Assembly (NCBI GenBank): GCA_963845515.1
Contig: CAWJSR010000058.1
Coordinates: 1-64,000 of the forward strand
Direction: 5' to 3'
DNA length: 64,000 bases
DNA from: an uncultured delta proteobacterium
Lineage (GTDB): Bacteria; Myxococcota; Myxococcia; Myxococcales; Anaeromyxobacteraceae
The position numbers were made by a program, and so were the translations under genes. This document shows, piece after piece, positions 50,498-60,078 of this stretch. A model generated the notes under the pieces. The model saw only the letters and a program-made list of their open reading frames with translations, had not been told where the DNA came from and did no database searches. Each line of letters begins with the position of its first letter. Position 1 is the stretch's first letter.

Positions 50498-51139
50498 GTG
50501 AACGTGTCCAGTCTACCGTCTGCAGCCATCTCCCTGCCGGTTTCGACGTATCGATCCCCGGACCTCAGCCGCATGACCGGGAAGGTCAAGGGGACGCTCC
50601 TCGTCGCGCGCATGAAGTTCATCCGCTCGCGCGGCGAGGTCGACGCGGAGCGCGTCCTCAAGCGGCTCTCCTCCGAGGACCAGGCGATCTTCCGCGGGAT
50701 GCTGCTGCCGAGCAGCTGGTACCCCGCCGGCGCGCTGCTCCGGCTCGAGCTGACCGCGGCCGCGATCCTCTCGAAAGGCGACCACCGCACGCTCTTCCGC
50801 GACATGGGGCGCTACACCGCCTCGACCAACCTCGCGCCCGACGGCGCGCAGCGGCCGTTCTTGCGGGAGGGCGATCCTCACGCCCTGCTCGACAGCGTCC
50901 CGCGGGTCTACGCGTCGCAGCACTCCTCCGGCCACCGGACCTGCGAGCGGACCGGCCTCACGTCCGCGGTCATCCGCCACTTCGACGACGAGCAGGCGGA
51001 CGCCGACGAGTGCCTGACGACGCTGGGCTGGCTGGAGCGCGCCGTGGAGATCGCCGGCGGCCGCGCGGTGGCGGTGGAGGAGTCGCAGTGCCGCCGCCAC
51101 GGCGCGGCGCACTGCGAGTTCCGGGTCGCCTGGCGGTAG
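50498..51139 (+). CDS. TIGR02265/DUF2378-like myxobacterial protein (start may be 50573)
   Basis: KVKGTLL, LPSSWYP, C...GW, C...G...CEFRVAW (V4R-like end). Confidence 0.75.
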   Translation: MNVSSLPSAAISLPVSTYRSPDLSRMTGKVKGTLLVARMKFIRSRGEVDAERVLKRLSSEDQAIFRGMLLPSSWYPAGALLRLELTAAAILSKGDHRTLFRDMGRYTASTNLAPDGAQRPFLREGDPHALLDSVPRVYASQHSSGHRTCERTGLTSAVIRHFDDEQADADECLTTLGWLERAVEIAGGRAVAVEESQCRRHGAAHCEFRVAWR

Positions 51140-51248
51140 CGCCCCACCCGGAGGCGGCCGCGCGCCGGAGGCCGACCTCCGCCGCCTCCGGATCGACGGC
51201 GCGCCCGCGCCGTGTTCTCATCCGTCCTCAACGCCTGACTGGGAACGA

Positions 51249-53123
51249 ATGAGAATGATCCGGATCGCAGCGCCGCTCGCCGCAGCCCTCGCCGCCTCGC
51301 CCTCCATGGGAAGGGAGCGCGGCGAGATCCCCGAGAAGTACACGTGGAACCTGGACGACGTCTTCCCCTCGGAGATCGCCTGGAGAGCGGGGCGCGAAGA
51401 GCTGAAGCGGAGGATCCCGCGGGTGGCGGCCCACCGCGGCCACCTGGGCGACTCCCCGGAGGCCCTCTTCCGGGCGCTCGACGAGCTCTACGCGACGCGG
51501 GCGCTGCTGGAGCGGACCTGGGTCTACGCCTCGATGCGCTCCGACGAGGACACCCGTGAGGCGCGCCCGCTGGAGATGAAGCAGGAGCTGCAGCAGCTCT
51601 CCGTCGACTTCGAGGCGGCGACCTCGTGGCTCCGGCCGGAGCTGCTCGCGCTGGGGCCCAGGAAGGTCAAGGGCTTCCTCGCGAAGGATCCGCGGCTCGC
51701 GCCGTACCGGCACCCGCTCGACGACGTGCTCCGGTGGAAGCCCCACACCCTCTCGGCCGCCGAGGAGCGCGTGGCGGCCGAGGCGGGAAACCTCGGAGCG
51801 GGCCAGGCCGTCTACTCGGTCTTCAAGGACGCCGACCTCCCCTTCCCCGTGGTGAAGCTCTCCACCGGGGAGGCACTGGTCGACCAGGCCAGCTTCGGTC
51901 TCCTGCGGGCGTCGCCGGTCCGCGCGGACCGGCTCGAGGTCTTCAAGGCGTTCTTCGGCGCGTTCTCGAGGTTCCAGCGCACGCTCGGGACGACGCTCTA
52001 CGCGCAGGTGAAGGCGCACCTCTTCGAGGTGAAGGTCCGCGGCTTCGGCAGCGCGCTCGAGTCCGCGCTCTTCCGCAACGGGATCCCACCCGCCGTCTAC
52101 CGGCAGCTCGTCGGCGACGTGAGGCGGAGCCTCCCGACGCTCCATCGCTACCTCGACCTGCGGCGCCGCATGCTCGGGCTCGAGCAGCTCCGGTACGAGG
52201 ACCTGTACGTGCCGCTCGTGGCCAGCGTCGACGCGAGCTACACGCCGGAGGCGGCGATGGCGCTCACCCTCGAGGCGTTCGCGCCGCTCGGGAAGGAGTA
52301 CGTGGCTGCGCTGAAGGGGGGCTACGAGAGCCGCTGGAGCGACTTCCTCCCCTCCACCGGCAAGCGGTCGGGGGCGTACTCGACCGGCGTCTACGGCGTC
52401 CACCCGTACCAGCTGCTCAACTTCAACGGGAAGTACGACGACATGTCGACGCTGGCCCACGAGTCGGGCCACTCGATGCACACGCTGCTGGCCTCGCAGG
52501 CGCAGCCGTACGCTACCGCGGACTACGCCATCTTCGTGGCGGAGGTGGCGTCGACGCTCAACGAGAACCTGCTGCTGCACCACCAGCTCTCGAAGGCGAC
52601 GGACGACGACACCCGCCTCTTCCTGCTCGGGAGCTGGCTCGACACGCTGCGGGCGACGCTCTTCCGCCAGACCCTCTTCGCCGAGTTCGAGCTGGCGATC
52701 CACGAGATGGCGGAGCGGGGCGAGACGCTCACCGGCGAGAACCTCTCGGCGCTCTACCTGAAGCTGAGCCGCGAGTATCACGGCCACGACGCGAAGGTCT
52801 GCTACGTGGACGACCTCGTCGCCGCGGAGTGGGGCTACATCCCGCACTTCTATTACGACTTCTACGTCTACCAGTACGCCACGAGCCTGGTGGCCTCGAC
52901 CTCAATCGCCCGCGCCATCCGCGAGGAGGCGAAGCACGGCGGCACGAAGGCGCGCGACGCCTACCTCGCGATGCTGAGGGCGGGCGGCTCGAAGTACCCG
53001 ATCGAGCTGCTGAAGGACGCCGGCGTCGACGTCACGACCTCGGCCCCCTTCGACGCGGCCATGCAGGAGATGAACTCGATAATGGACGAGCTCGAGGGGA
53101 TCCTGGCGCGGCGGAAGACGTAG
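51249..53123 (+). CDS. pepF: Oligoendopeptidase F (M3B), with probable signal peptide
   Basis: KRSGAYS, HESGH, AEVAST, RQTLFAEFE, IPHFY. Confidence 0.93.
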   Translation: MRMIRIAAPLAAALAASPSMGRERGEIPEKYTWNLDDVFPSEIAWRAGREELKRRIPRVAAHRGHLGDSPEALFRALDELYATRALLERTWVYASMRSDEDTREARPLEMKQELQQLSVDFEAATSWLRPELLALGPRKVKGFLAKDPRLAPYRHPLDDVLRWKPHTLSAAEERVAAEAGNLGAGQAVYSVFKDADLPFPVVKLSTGEALVDQASFGLLRASPVRADRLEVFKAFFGAFSRFQRTLGTTLYAQVKAHLFEVKVRGFGSALESALFRNGIPPAVYRQLVGDVRRSLPTLHRYLDLRRRMLGLEQLRYEDLYVPLVASVDASYTPEAAMALTLEAFAPLGKEYVAALKGGYESRWSDFLPSTGKRSGAYSTGVYGVHPYQLLNFNGKYDDMSTLAHESGHSMHTLLASQAQPYATADYAIFVAEVASTLNENLLLHHQLSKATDDDTRLFLLGSWLDTLRATLFRQTLFAEFELAIHEMAERGETLTGENLSALYLKLSREYHGHDAKVCYVDDLVAAEWGYIPHFYYDFYVYQYATSLVASTSIARAIREEAKHGGTKARDAYLAMLRAGGSKYPIELLKDAGVDVTTSAPFDAAMQEMNSIMDELEGILARRKT

Positions 53124-53135
53124 CCGCTTCCCGCC

Positions 53136-54308
53136 ATGAGCGTCGCGCGCAACGTCCCCCGCCTCCTCGCCCTCAGGTTCCTCTCCGACTTCATCGTCGT
53201 GATGCCGGCCATCGTGCCGGTCTACCGGCAGGCGGGGCTCTCGGCGACCGAGATCATGCTGGTGCAGGCGATCTTCTCCGCGGCGGGGCTGGCCTTCGAG
53301 GTGCCGTCAGGCTTCCTCGCCGACGTCGCGGGTCGCCGCCGGGCGCTCCTCCTCGGGATGGGGGCCCAGGCGCTCGCCATGGTGGGCTACGGCGTCGCGC
53401 GCGGCTTCTGGACCTTCGCCGCGGCGGAGGTGGCGCTCGCCTTCGCCCACAGCCTCCTCTCAGGCACCGCGTCGGCCATCCTCTTCGACTCGCTCCGCGC
53501 CGCCGGCGACGAGGAGCGCTACCACCGGATGGAGGGGCGCGCCGAGGCGCTCACCCGGCTCGGGACGGCGGTCGCCGCGATCCTCGGCGGCTTCCTGGCC
53601 GTCGTGTCCCTGCGCCTGCCGTTCGCCGTCAACGCCGCGACCGCGCTCGCCGGATGCTTCATCGTCCGGTCGCTCGTGGAGCCGCCGCGCGAGCGGCTCG
53701 CCGGCCACACCCCGCTCCGCGAGCTGCTGACCGTCTCCTTCGCGGCGCTCCGGGACCGGCGGCTGCAAGGCACGATGCTCCTCTCCGCCGCCCTCTTCGC
53801 GACCGGCATCACGGGGATCTGGGGCTACTTCCTGCGGCTCACCGGCGCGGGGATCTCGGTGGCCGCCTATGGCCTCTACTTCGCGGCCTTCCAGGCCGCC
53901 TCCGCGGTGGGCGCCGCGACGTCCGCCCGGATCTCGGGCCTCCTCGGCCGCAAGGGGAGCGTGGCGCTGCTCGGGATCGTACCGGCCACGCTCGTCGCGT
54001 GCGCGGCGGACGGGAGCTGGAGGCCGCTCCTCCTGACGCCGCTCGCGTCCGCCGCCTGGGGCTTCTCCACTCCGTTCCTGCTCGAGCTGCTCAACAAGAA
54101 CATCGCCTCGGATCGAAGGGCGACCGTCCTCTCCGTCTCGGCGATGCTCGGCCGCGTCCTGCTCGTCGGGATCGGCCCCGCGTTCGGCTGGCTCACGGAC
54201 CGCTTCTCGGATCGCGCCGCGTTCGGCGCGCTGGCGGGCGTATTCCTCGTCCTCGCCGCCGCGGCCGGGCTCCTCCACCGCCGGGCGGGGGCCACCGCAA
54301 CCCTTTGA
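53136..54308 (+). CDS. MFS transporter
   Basis: EVPSGFLADVAGRR motif A; about 12 TM helices. Confidence 0.9.
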   Translation: MSVARNVPRLLALRFLSDFIVVMPAIVPVYRQAGLSATEIMLVQAIFSAAGLAFEVPSGFLADVAGRRRALLLGMGAQALAMVGYGVARGFWTFAAAEVALAFAHSLLSGTASAILFDSLRAAGDEERYHRMEGRAEALTRLGTAVAAILGGFLAVVSLRLPFAVNAATALAGCFIVRSLVEPPRERLAGHTPLRELLTVSFAALRDRRLQGTMLLSAALFATGITGIWGYFLRLTGAGISVAAYGLYFAAFQAASAVGAATSARISGLLGRKGSVALLGIVPATLVACAADGSWRPLLLTPLASAAWGFSTPFLLELLNKNIASDRRATVLSVSAMLGRVLLVGIGPAFGWLTDRFSDRAAFGALAGVFLVLAAAAGLLHRRAGATATL

Positions 54309-54362
54309 ACCCTCCCGCCGGGTGTGGCACAACCTCCGGTCTGCTTCCCACGGAGAGCCTGC

Positions 54363-54977
54363 GTGCAACTAGTCTGCCTAGACCTGGAAGGCGTCCTCGT
54401 CCCCGAGATCTGGATCACGTTCGCGGAGCGGACCGGCATCCCCGAGCTGCGGCTGACCACGCGCGACGAGCCCGACTACGACAAGCTGATGCGCTACCGG
54501 CTCGACCTGCTGCGGACGCACAAGCTGGGGCTCCCGGACATCCAGGCCGTCATCGCCGGGATGGGCCCCCTGGGGGGGGCGAAGGACTTCCTCGACTCCC
54601 TGCGCCAGCGGTACCAGGTCGTCATGCTGTCCGACACCTTCTACGAGTTCGGCATGCCGCTGATGGCGCAGCTCGGGATGCCGACGCTCTTCTGCCACCG
54701 GCTGGAGACGGACGCGCAGGGCTTCGTCGTCGCCTACCACCTGAGGATGCCCAACCAGAAGGCGGCCGCCGTGAAGGCGTTCAGGGACCTGAACTTCCAG
54801 GTCATCGCCGCAGGAGACTCGTACAACGACACCGCCATGCTCATCGAGGCGCACGCGGGGATCCTGTACCGCCCGCCGCACAACGTGATCGCCGAGTTCC
54901 CGCAGTTCCCGGTCGTGAAGGACTACACGGCGCTCCGGACCGCGATCGACGACGCCGGGCGGCGGCTGGGGGAGTGA
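54363..54977 (+). CDS. thrH: Bifunctional phosphoserine phosphatase/homoserine phosphotransferase
   Basis: CLDLEGVLVPEIW, TTRDEPDYD, LSDTFYEF, GDSYND. Confidence 0.93.
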   Translation: MQLVCLDLEGVLVPEIWITFAERTGIPELRLTTRDEPDYDKLMRYRLDLLRTHKLGLPDIQAVIAGMGPLGGAKDFLDSLRQRYQVVMLSDTFYEFGMPLMAQLGMPTLFCHRLETDAQGFVVAYHLRMPNQKAAAVKAFRDLNFQVIAAGDSYNDTAMLIEAHAGILYRPPHNVIAEFPQFPVVKDYTALRTAIDDAGRRLGE

Positions 54978-54978
54978 G

Positions 54979-55422
54979 TTGGGCCGCGCGATCGCCGCCG
55001 TCCTGACCGCCGCGATCGTCGCCTCCTGCAGCGCGAAGCCGGCGCTCCGCTCCTTCTACAGCGACGGCTGCAGCCTCTTCCCCGACGGCAAGGTGGGCGA
55101 TCGCAAGCTCTGGTGCGACTGCTGCTTCGCGCACGACGTCGCCTACTGGATGGGCGGGACCGAGGCGGATCGGGCGAGCGCTGACGAGCGGCTGCGCGAG
55201 TGTGTCCGCGCGCGGACCGGCGACGAGCGGCTGGCTGAGCTCATGTACGAGGGGGTCCGGATCGGCGGCTCGCCGGTCTTTCCGAACTGGTACCGATGGG
55301 CCTACGGCTGGACGTATGGCCGCGGCTACGAGCCACTCAGCGGGCCAGAGCAGGCCCAGGCGAGCGCACGTCTGGCCGAGTACTACGCGACGCACCGCGG
55401 CGGCTACTGCGCGAGCGAGTGA
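54979..55422 (+). CDS. Lipoprotein with phospholipase A2-like motif
   Basis: Lipobox IVASC; DGCS...CCxxHDxxY...AD..L..C. Confidence 0.7.
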   Translation: MGRAIAAVLTAAIVASCSAKPALRSFYSDGCSLFPDGKVGDRKLWCDCCFAHDVAYWMGGTEADRASADERLRECVRARTGDERLAELMYEGVRIGGSPVFPNWYRWAYGWTYGRGYEPLSGPEQAQASARLAEYYATHRGGYCASE

Positions 55423-55432
55423 CCCCGGGGAT

Positions 55433-55469
55433 CCCCTCTCCCCCACCGGGGGAGAGGGCAGGGTGAGGG
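55433..55469 (+). repeat. REP-like palindromic element between convergent genes
   Basis: cccctctcccccaccgggggagaggg-cagggtgaggg. Confidence 0.85.
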
Positions 55470-55476
55470 AGCGGCC

Positions 55477-56640
55477 TCAGACCCTCATCACGGCATCGCT
55501 CAGGTTGCACAGCCTGTCCCCGCCGCGCTCCGTGACCGCGTAGTCGTTCTCCACGCCGACGGCCCCCAGCCCGGGGAAGACGAACTTGGGCTCCAGTGCG
55601 ACCACCTGGCCGGCCAGGAGCGGCTCCTTGAACCCCGGCGCGATGATCGGCAGCTCGTCCAGCTCCAGCCCGATGCCGTGCGCGACGAAGCGAGCCTGGT
55701 CGCCTGGCGGCCCCATGAACTTGTCGCCGAGCCCCTCCCGCTCGGCGCGCCCCTTCGCCAGCTCCCACAGCTCCGCGGGGACGGCGCCTGGCTTCAGCGC
55801 GGCCGCGACCTCCTCCTGGATCGCGATCGCCACCTCGTGCGCGCGCGCGAGCTCGTGCGGCAGCTCCCCGACCACCGCGGTCCGAGTCATGTCGACGACG
55901 TAGCCCTTGTAGACGCAGCAGTAGTCGACGAGGACGGGCTCACCCCTCCGGATGACGTGCTCGCTCGACCCCGCCGGGTAGGCGGCGTGGAGCCCCTGCC
56001 CCACCACGGGACCGTCGAAGCAGCCCGGCTCGGCGGCGGCCGCGCCTGCCACCGCGATCCCCATCCACATCTCGTTGTTGAAGCCACGCATGCGCGGCGC
56101 CCCCTCGCTCCCCGAGCGGCGCAGCCGTGACTCGATCTCCACCGACAGATCGAGCTCGCGCATGCCCGCGCGGAGGAACCGCGGGATGTCGGCGAGGACC
56201 GCGCCGAGCCTGCCGGCCGCGTCGCGCTGGGCGGCGATCTCCATCGCGCTCTTCACCGACCGCTGCGCGCGCAGCGGCGCCGAGAGGTCCACGAGCTCCA
56301 CCGCCGGGAGCTGCTTGCGCCACCAGTCGAGCGTCGCCTGCGGCGCGGCGTCGAACGGCGTGCCGACCCGCCCGGAGCAACTCAGCGTCGCGGCCAGCTC
56401 CTTCGACGGCGGGAACGGGCGCACGTCGCCGATCGCCCCCTCCGCCCGGGCGCGGGCGAAGCTCTTGCGCACGAGCAGCAGCGGCGCGGCGTCGGCTGGA
56501 ACCCAGAGCACGCCGTTCTGGCGCGTCCCCGCGTAGTAGAGGACGTCGACGGCGGCGAGGATCAGCGCACCGGCGAGCCCCTTCTCGCGGAGCGCCTCCT
56601 GGAGCCGTGCGACGCGTGAGAGGTGCTCTTCCGGCTTCAT
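55477..56640 (-). CDS. Xaa-Pro peptidase family (M24) protein
   Basis: VKSAME, D...GYVVDMTRT, HGIGLELDE, ALEPK, GVEN metal ligands. Confidence 0.9.
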   Translation of the reverse strand: MKPEEHLSRVARLQEALREKGLAGALILAAVDVLYYAGTRQNGVLWVPADAAPLLLVRKSFARARAEGAIGDVRPFPPSKELAATLSCSGRVGTPFDAAPQATLDWWRKQLPAVELVDLSAPLRAQRSVKSAMEIAAQRDAAGRLGAVLADIPRFLRAGMRELDLSVEIESRLRRSGSEGAPRMRGFNNEMWMGIAVAGAAAAEPGCFDGPVVGQGLHAAYPAGSSEHVIRRGEPVLVDYCCVYKGYVVDMTRTAVVGELPHELARAHEVAIAIQEEVAAALKPGAVPAELWELAKGRAEREGLGDKFMGPPGDQARFVAHGIGLELDELPIIAPGFKEPLLAGQVVALEPKFVFPGLGAVGVENDYAVTERGGDRLCNLSDAVMRV

Positions 56641-57653
56641 CGTCCCGACTCCTCTGCCTGGTGCAGGCGCGGCGCAAGCCAGCGGAGCGACGCGTCGAAC
56701 CGGTAGTTGATCCCCATGTGTCCGTCCTCGAACTCCTGGTGCTCGACCTCGACGCCGCCGCCGCGGAGCGCGCTCGCCACCATCCGCGCGCCCCAGCGGA
56801 GGTTGAACTCGTCCCGGGTGCCGCAGTCGACGAAGACGCCCCCGAGGCGCCTGAAGGCGTCGAGCCGGCGGGGCACGGTCCGGACCGGATCGTGCTCGAG
56901 CCACCGCGACCAGACCTCTTCGAGGATCCGCCCCGAGGGCAGCTCGAACGGCAGCTCCAGCCCCAGCGGCGCGCCTGCGCGGGGCGAGTAGTGGGCCGCC
57001 ATCCCGATCATGTTGAGCACCGGGTGATCGCTCCCCGAGAGCTTCGTCTCGCGCGCCCGCTGCTTCATCGCCTCCAGCCACGCCGCGGCGTCGGTCGCCG
57101 CCGCGAGCGCCGACGCCGCCTTCGGGAGATCCGGCAGGTAGCAGTACTCGAAGTAGGCGTCGGCGGCGTGGGCGCCGACGGAGCCGAAGACGTCCGGGCG
57201 CGTGCCCCCGAGGTGCAGCGCGCCGAAGCCACCCGAGCTCTTCCCGACCACCGCGCGCGCCTCGCGCCGCGGGATCGTCGGCAGCTGGCCGTCGGCGAAC
57301 CCCACGACGTCGTCCGCCACGTAGTCGGCGTAGCGCCCCACCGCCGGGGCGTTCATCCACTGCGTGCCACCCACTCCGGTGAACCCGTCCGGGAAGAGCG
57401 CGATGACCGGAGGGATCTCCCCGCGCGCGATGAGCGCGTCGATCCGCTCCGGGACGGTGGGCTGGAAGGCGCTCGGTGAGAGCCAGCCCCTGCCCGTCCC
57501 GGTGAAGCCGTGGAGGAAGGTGACGGTCGGGAAGCGACGGCCCCCGGCGCCTGGCGGCACGTAGGCGACGAGCGTGCGGCGCGACGGATCGCCGAGCGGG
57601 TTGCCGCGCAGCGAGGGGGCGTCGAGCTCCAGCTCCAGCAGGCTGCCCTGCAT
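56637..57653 (-). CDS. Esterase family alpha/beta hydrolase
   Basis: LRGNPLGDP, LHGFTG, GKSSGG, DCGTRDEF, DGH. Confidence 0.88.
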   Translation of the reverse strand: MQGSLLELELDAPSLRGNPLGDPSRRTLVAYVPPGAGGRRFPTVTFLHGFTGTGRGWLSPSAFQPTVPERIDALIARGEIPPVIALFPDGFTGVGGTQWMNAPAVGRYADYVADDVVGFADGQLPTIPRREARAVVGKSSGGFGALHLGGTRPDVFGSVGAHAADAYFEYCYLPDLPKAASALAAATDAAAWLEAMKQRARETKLSGSDHPVLNMIGMAAHYSPRAGAPLGLELPFELPSGRILEEVWSRWLEHDPVRTVPRRLDAFRRLGGVFVDCGTRDEFNLRWGARMVASALRGGGVEVEHQEFEDGHMGINYRFDASLRWLAPRLHQAEESGR

Positions 57654-58297
57654 CACATCCCGAAGGAGCCGCGGACTCCCACCGTGAGCCACGAGTGGCT
57701 AGCCGAGTTCGCGAGGGAGCCGGAGCCGGTCACGTCGAAGAGGTCGATGTATCCGTCGCGCTCGATCCGGTTGTACTCGCCGAAGGAGTAGCCGACGAAC
57801 GCGCCCACCTTGGACGCCTCGCTCGTCCACGCGTCGACGCCCACCTCGAACCCAAGCTCCCATCCGCGCAGCGTCTGCGTGTAGTCGGTGCCGTCGTTGG
57901 GGACCGACTCGTTGAGGAGGTCCCACTCGAAGCCGAAGCGGGCGCCGATGAACGGCGAGATCCCCTGCCCGGAGAACGCATGCTCGGCCTTCACGCCGAC
58001 GCGCCAGAGGTGCTCGTCGCAGGTGCCGGACCAGGCGTCGCAGTAGTCGGCGAAGTCGGCGTCCAGCGCGACGGGCGCGTAGCTGCCGTAGAGGCCGACC
58101 GTGGTCTGCTGGGCGACTGCCACGTTCAGGCTCAGCTCGATGGGGATGGCCAGCCCGATGTCGTTGGTCATCGCGTAGCCATCCCACTTGTCGCCTCCGG
58201 GGAAGGCGAGCCCGAGCTGAACCCCGAGGTTCGAATTAGCGCTCGCGGAGAGAGGGAAGAGGAACGCCAGCCCTGCAACGAAGAGTGCCTTGCGCAT
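57653..58297 (-). CDS. Outer-membrane beta-barrel protein (OmpA/OmpW-like size)
   Basis: Signal peptide, amphipathic strands, C-terminal HSWLTVGVRGSF. Confidence 0.75.
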   Translation of the reverse strand: MRKALFVAGLAFLFPLSASANSNLGVQLGLAFPGGDKWDGYAMTNDIGLAIPIELSLNVAVAQQTTVGLYGSYAPVALDADFADYCDAWSGTCDEHLWRVGVKAEHAFSGQGISPFIGARFGFEWDLLNESVPNDGTDYTQTLRGWELGFEVGVDAWTSEASKVGAFVGYSFGEYNRIERDGYIDLFDVTGSGSLANSASHSWLTVGVRGSFGM

Positions 58298-58337
58298 ATG
58301 CAGCTCCTGGAAGTGGTCAACAAGGCGCAGTCTACAA

Positions 58338-58985
58338 CTACAGCGTGAACTTCCCGCGGACACCGATGGAGATCCAGCCATGCATTTCGGGGCTGGTGAT
58401 CGCGCCTGCGTCCTCGGTGCCGAGCCCTGCCACCTCCCTCTTCAAGGAGCGCGACAGCAGCTGGCCGAACGACGCGCCTACGAAGGCCCCCATCTGGAGC
58501 CCCTTCGCGAGAGGAAGGTCCGCCCCGGCCTCGATCCCTGCCAGCCAGCCGCTTCGCGTGAACCGGTCCCAGTTGTCGGCGCTGGTCTCCCAGCGCTCGA
58601 CCTCCCACTCCCAGCCGAGCGTCGCCGCGACGAAAGGCAGGAAGTCCCCCTTCGCCGCGGCGTACTCGCCGCGCGCGGCCAGGCGCCACAGGTGCACCGA
58701 GCAGTCCCTGCCGGTCGCGCTGCAGTCGTTGGTCCAGGCGTCGGAGATGGAGCCGAAGCCGTAGCCTCCCTGCAGCCCGACCTCGAGGTCCGGGGCGAGC
58801 AGCCAGCCGACGCTCGCCTCGACGGGGAAGACGCGCGCGACGATCTCATCGGCGCGCTTCCCGGCCTCCAGCTCTCCGAGCGGCACCGCCGCGCCGGCGC
58901 GCACGCCGAGCACGAGCTGCGCCGTCGTGACCGTGGGTGCAAGGAGCGCGCAGCCGAGGACCGTGAGCTTGAGGAGTCGATCCAT
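58338..58985 (-). CDS. Outer-membrane beta-barrel protein, paralog of the adjacent gene
   Basis: Signal peptide, C-X6-C...HLWR, C-terminal HGWISIGVRGKF. Confidence 0.75.
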   Translation of the reverse strand: MDRLLKLTVLGCALLAPTVTTAQLVLGVRAGAAVPLGELEAGKRADEIVARVFPVEASVGWLLAPDLEVGLQGGYGFGSISDAWTNDCSATGRDCSVHLWRLAARGEYAAAKGDFLPFVAATLGWEWEVERWETSADNWDRFTRSGWLAGIEAGADLPLAKGLQMGAFVGASFGQLLSRSLKREVAGLGTEDAGAITSPEMHGWISIGVRGKFTL

Positions 58986-59008
58986 TTGGGTAGCCCCGGA
59001 GTGGAGAG

Positions 59009-59396
59009 TCACTGCCTACGGGCGCAGGAGACCTCGCAGCGCGCGATGATCTGCGCCGAGCGCTCCACCAGCGCGGCGGCCTCCTGGTAGAGCGCGTCGG
59101 ATTCGTCCGGCGCCGAGGCGTCACAGTCGCCGGCGCGCTCGACGAGCGCCGCCGCCTTCAAGAGATACTGGTGGGAGAGGAGCAGGTCGCGGCCGAGGCG
59201 CGAGCCCTGCCGGGTGAAGATGGTGCCGCACTGGAAGAGGCGTGAGAGCAGGCGCCGCGCGGAGTCGTCGACGGCGCCGCAGCGCTCCCCCAGCTCGCGC
59301 AGCCGCCGCGCGTCCCGCGCCTGCGCGAGGTCCACCACGGCGGACCGGGTGACCATTCGTTGCGAGCGTGGAGCCGCCGAAGGCATGGGCACCATG
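59009..59396 (-). CDS. Hypothetical helical protein (start uncertain)
   Basis: VVDLAQARDARR...IFTRQGSRLGRDLLLSHQYLLK; candidate promoter directly upstream. Confidence 0.55.
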
Positions 59397-59425
59397 ATGG
59401 TGGCAGCCCGGGGCGGCGGGGTCAA
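59375..59425. repeat. 51-bp direct repeat, copy 1 (contains a minus-strand TTGACC-N17-CACCAT promoter-like element and ATG)
   Basis: 49/51 identical to 61565-61615. Confidence 0.9.
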
Positions 59426-60078
59426 TCACGGCGCGCGGGACGGATGCCGCGCGGTCCGCGCTCGTCGAACTCCTCGCGGCCGTCGACGCTGACCTAGTCG
59501 TCGAGGAGCCGCTTCTTCCCGCCGACCCGATCGCCTTCGTCGCGCGCCGCGCTGGCGCGCACGTCTGGGTCGCCGGCCCGCCAGACGTTACGTCGCTCAG
59601 GATCGCCGCCGGAATCGATCGCGGCGCGCCACGCGCCTCCGCCGCCCTTCTCGCCCGGCCGCGCACGCGTCCCGGGGCCTCTCTGTCTCTGCCACCTCGT
59701 CAGGATCGGCCACCGGAGGGCGCACTCCGGGAAGCGCTCACGTCACGCTGGGGAGCGAGCGCGACGGACGAGCGGTGAAAGAGCACGCCGACCACCCCCA
59801 CCCCTTGGTCTGTTGCCACGGTCCGTGAGTCTCGTCACCGTCAACGGTGATCGCTTGTGCTTCCATGGCGCTGGGGCCTTTCCTGTGGCATGTATGAGCT
59901 TCGACGATCCATACCTACCTGAGAACGGGCCCCCACCTCACTTCACGTCCGCCTCAACCCTGCGGAATCACGCTGCGAACCGTCGTCGCAGAAGATCCAC
60001 ACCCATTGCAGTCCCCGCCCGCAGGAGGCGGAGATTCCTTGGCACCGTCGCGCCCTTCGAGCTGCACCGGGAGACACC

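Noticed and set aside
51148..51191. ccggaggcgg…ccgcctccgg inverted repeat before pepF as a riboswitch or ncRNA
   Set aside because: Simple GC stem with no recognisable aptamer or U-tract; at most a terminator or stability hairpin
59430..59779. Start-less plus-strand frame (…ALVELLAAVDADLVVEEPLLPADPIAFVARR…) inside the islet
   Set aside because: No start or RBS and no recognisable family; may be a gene remnant but cannot be supported
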